NCBI GenBank assembly: GCA_900320735.1
Contig: ONTJ01000023.1
Location: 1 to 50,456 of the forward strand
Length of the DNA stretch: 50,456 nucleotides
Reading direction: 5' to 3'
Source of the DNA: an uncultured Eubacteriales bacterium
GTDB lineage: Bacteria; Bacillota_I; Bacilli_A; RF39; UBA660
The notes beneath the pieces were generated by a model, which worked only from the letters and a program-made list of their open reading frames with translations, had not been told where the DNA came from and made no database searches. Positions 50,352-50,456 of the stretch are shown here, piece by piece. Position 1 is the stretch's first letter, and the number at the start of each line of letters is the position of its first letter. The translations under genes and the position numbers were made by a program.

Positions 50352-50456
50352 ATGAAAATAATAGAATACGAAGAAAAGTATCTAGATGATGTAAAAGATC
50401 TACTTGTTGAATTAGAAGAATATATTTTATCTATTGATGAAGATAATCTTGATCAA
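50352..50456 (+). CDS. Partial CDS (N-terminus, runs off the window), possibly a GNAT
   Basis: ATG after AAGGAAG; reads MKIIEYEEKYLDDVKDLLVELEEYILSIDEDNLDQ. Confidence 0.6.
   Translation, partial: MKIIEYEEKYLDDVKDLLVELEEYILSIDEDNLDQ

Overview
Very AT-rich chromosomal window from a reduced-genome, spore-forming Bacilli bacterium. An RF39-like lineage is inferred from composition, a type B RNase P RNA and Bacilli synteny; this was not verified by any search. Genetic code 11 is in use: Trp is TGG and TGA ends several genes. The left ~33 kb is mostly core: fused cpsCD plus cpsB, hup, cca, dnaD, ponA, recU, gpsB, rnpB, rodZ, a degenerate pgsA, recA with a LexA box, a UvrD/HelD-like helicase split by one in-frame TGA, tspO, a kinase-like ORF, addBA, rpsD, ezrA, ylxY, ftsK, deoD, ymfF/ymfH and an ABC-2 pair. 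From ~33 to 43 kb is an accessory stretch around tRNA-Arg(CCT). It includes a 5.5-kb block bounded by identical 25-bp terminator repeats. That block encodes a MerR regulator, a soluble degenerate VirD4/TraG-like ATPase, a coupled 39-aa peptide, an HExxH protein, a metallophosphoesterase and an ABC exporter, and carries two related MerR-type promoters. It is the best candidate for an undescribed system. The right end has CIRCE-controlled hsp20, a ZIP transporter, ogg, a gerKA-KC-KB-like germinant receptor operon, rlmD and GNATs. No CRISPR array, integrase, transposase or rRNA was seen.
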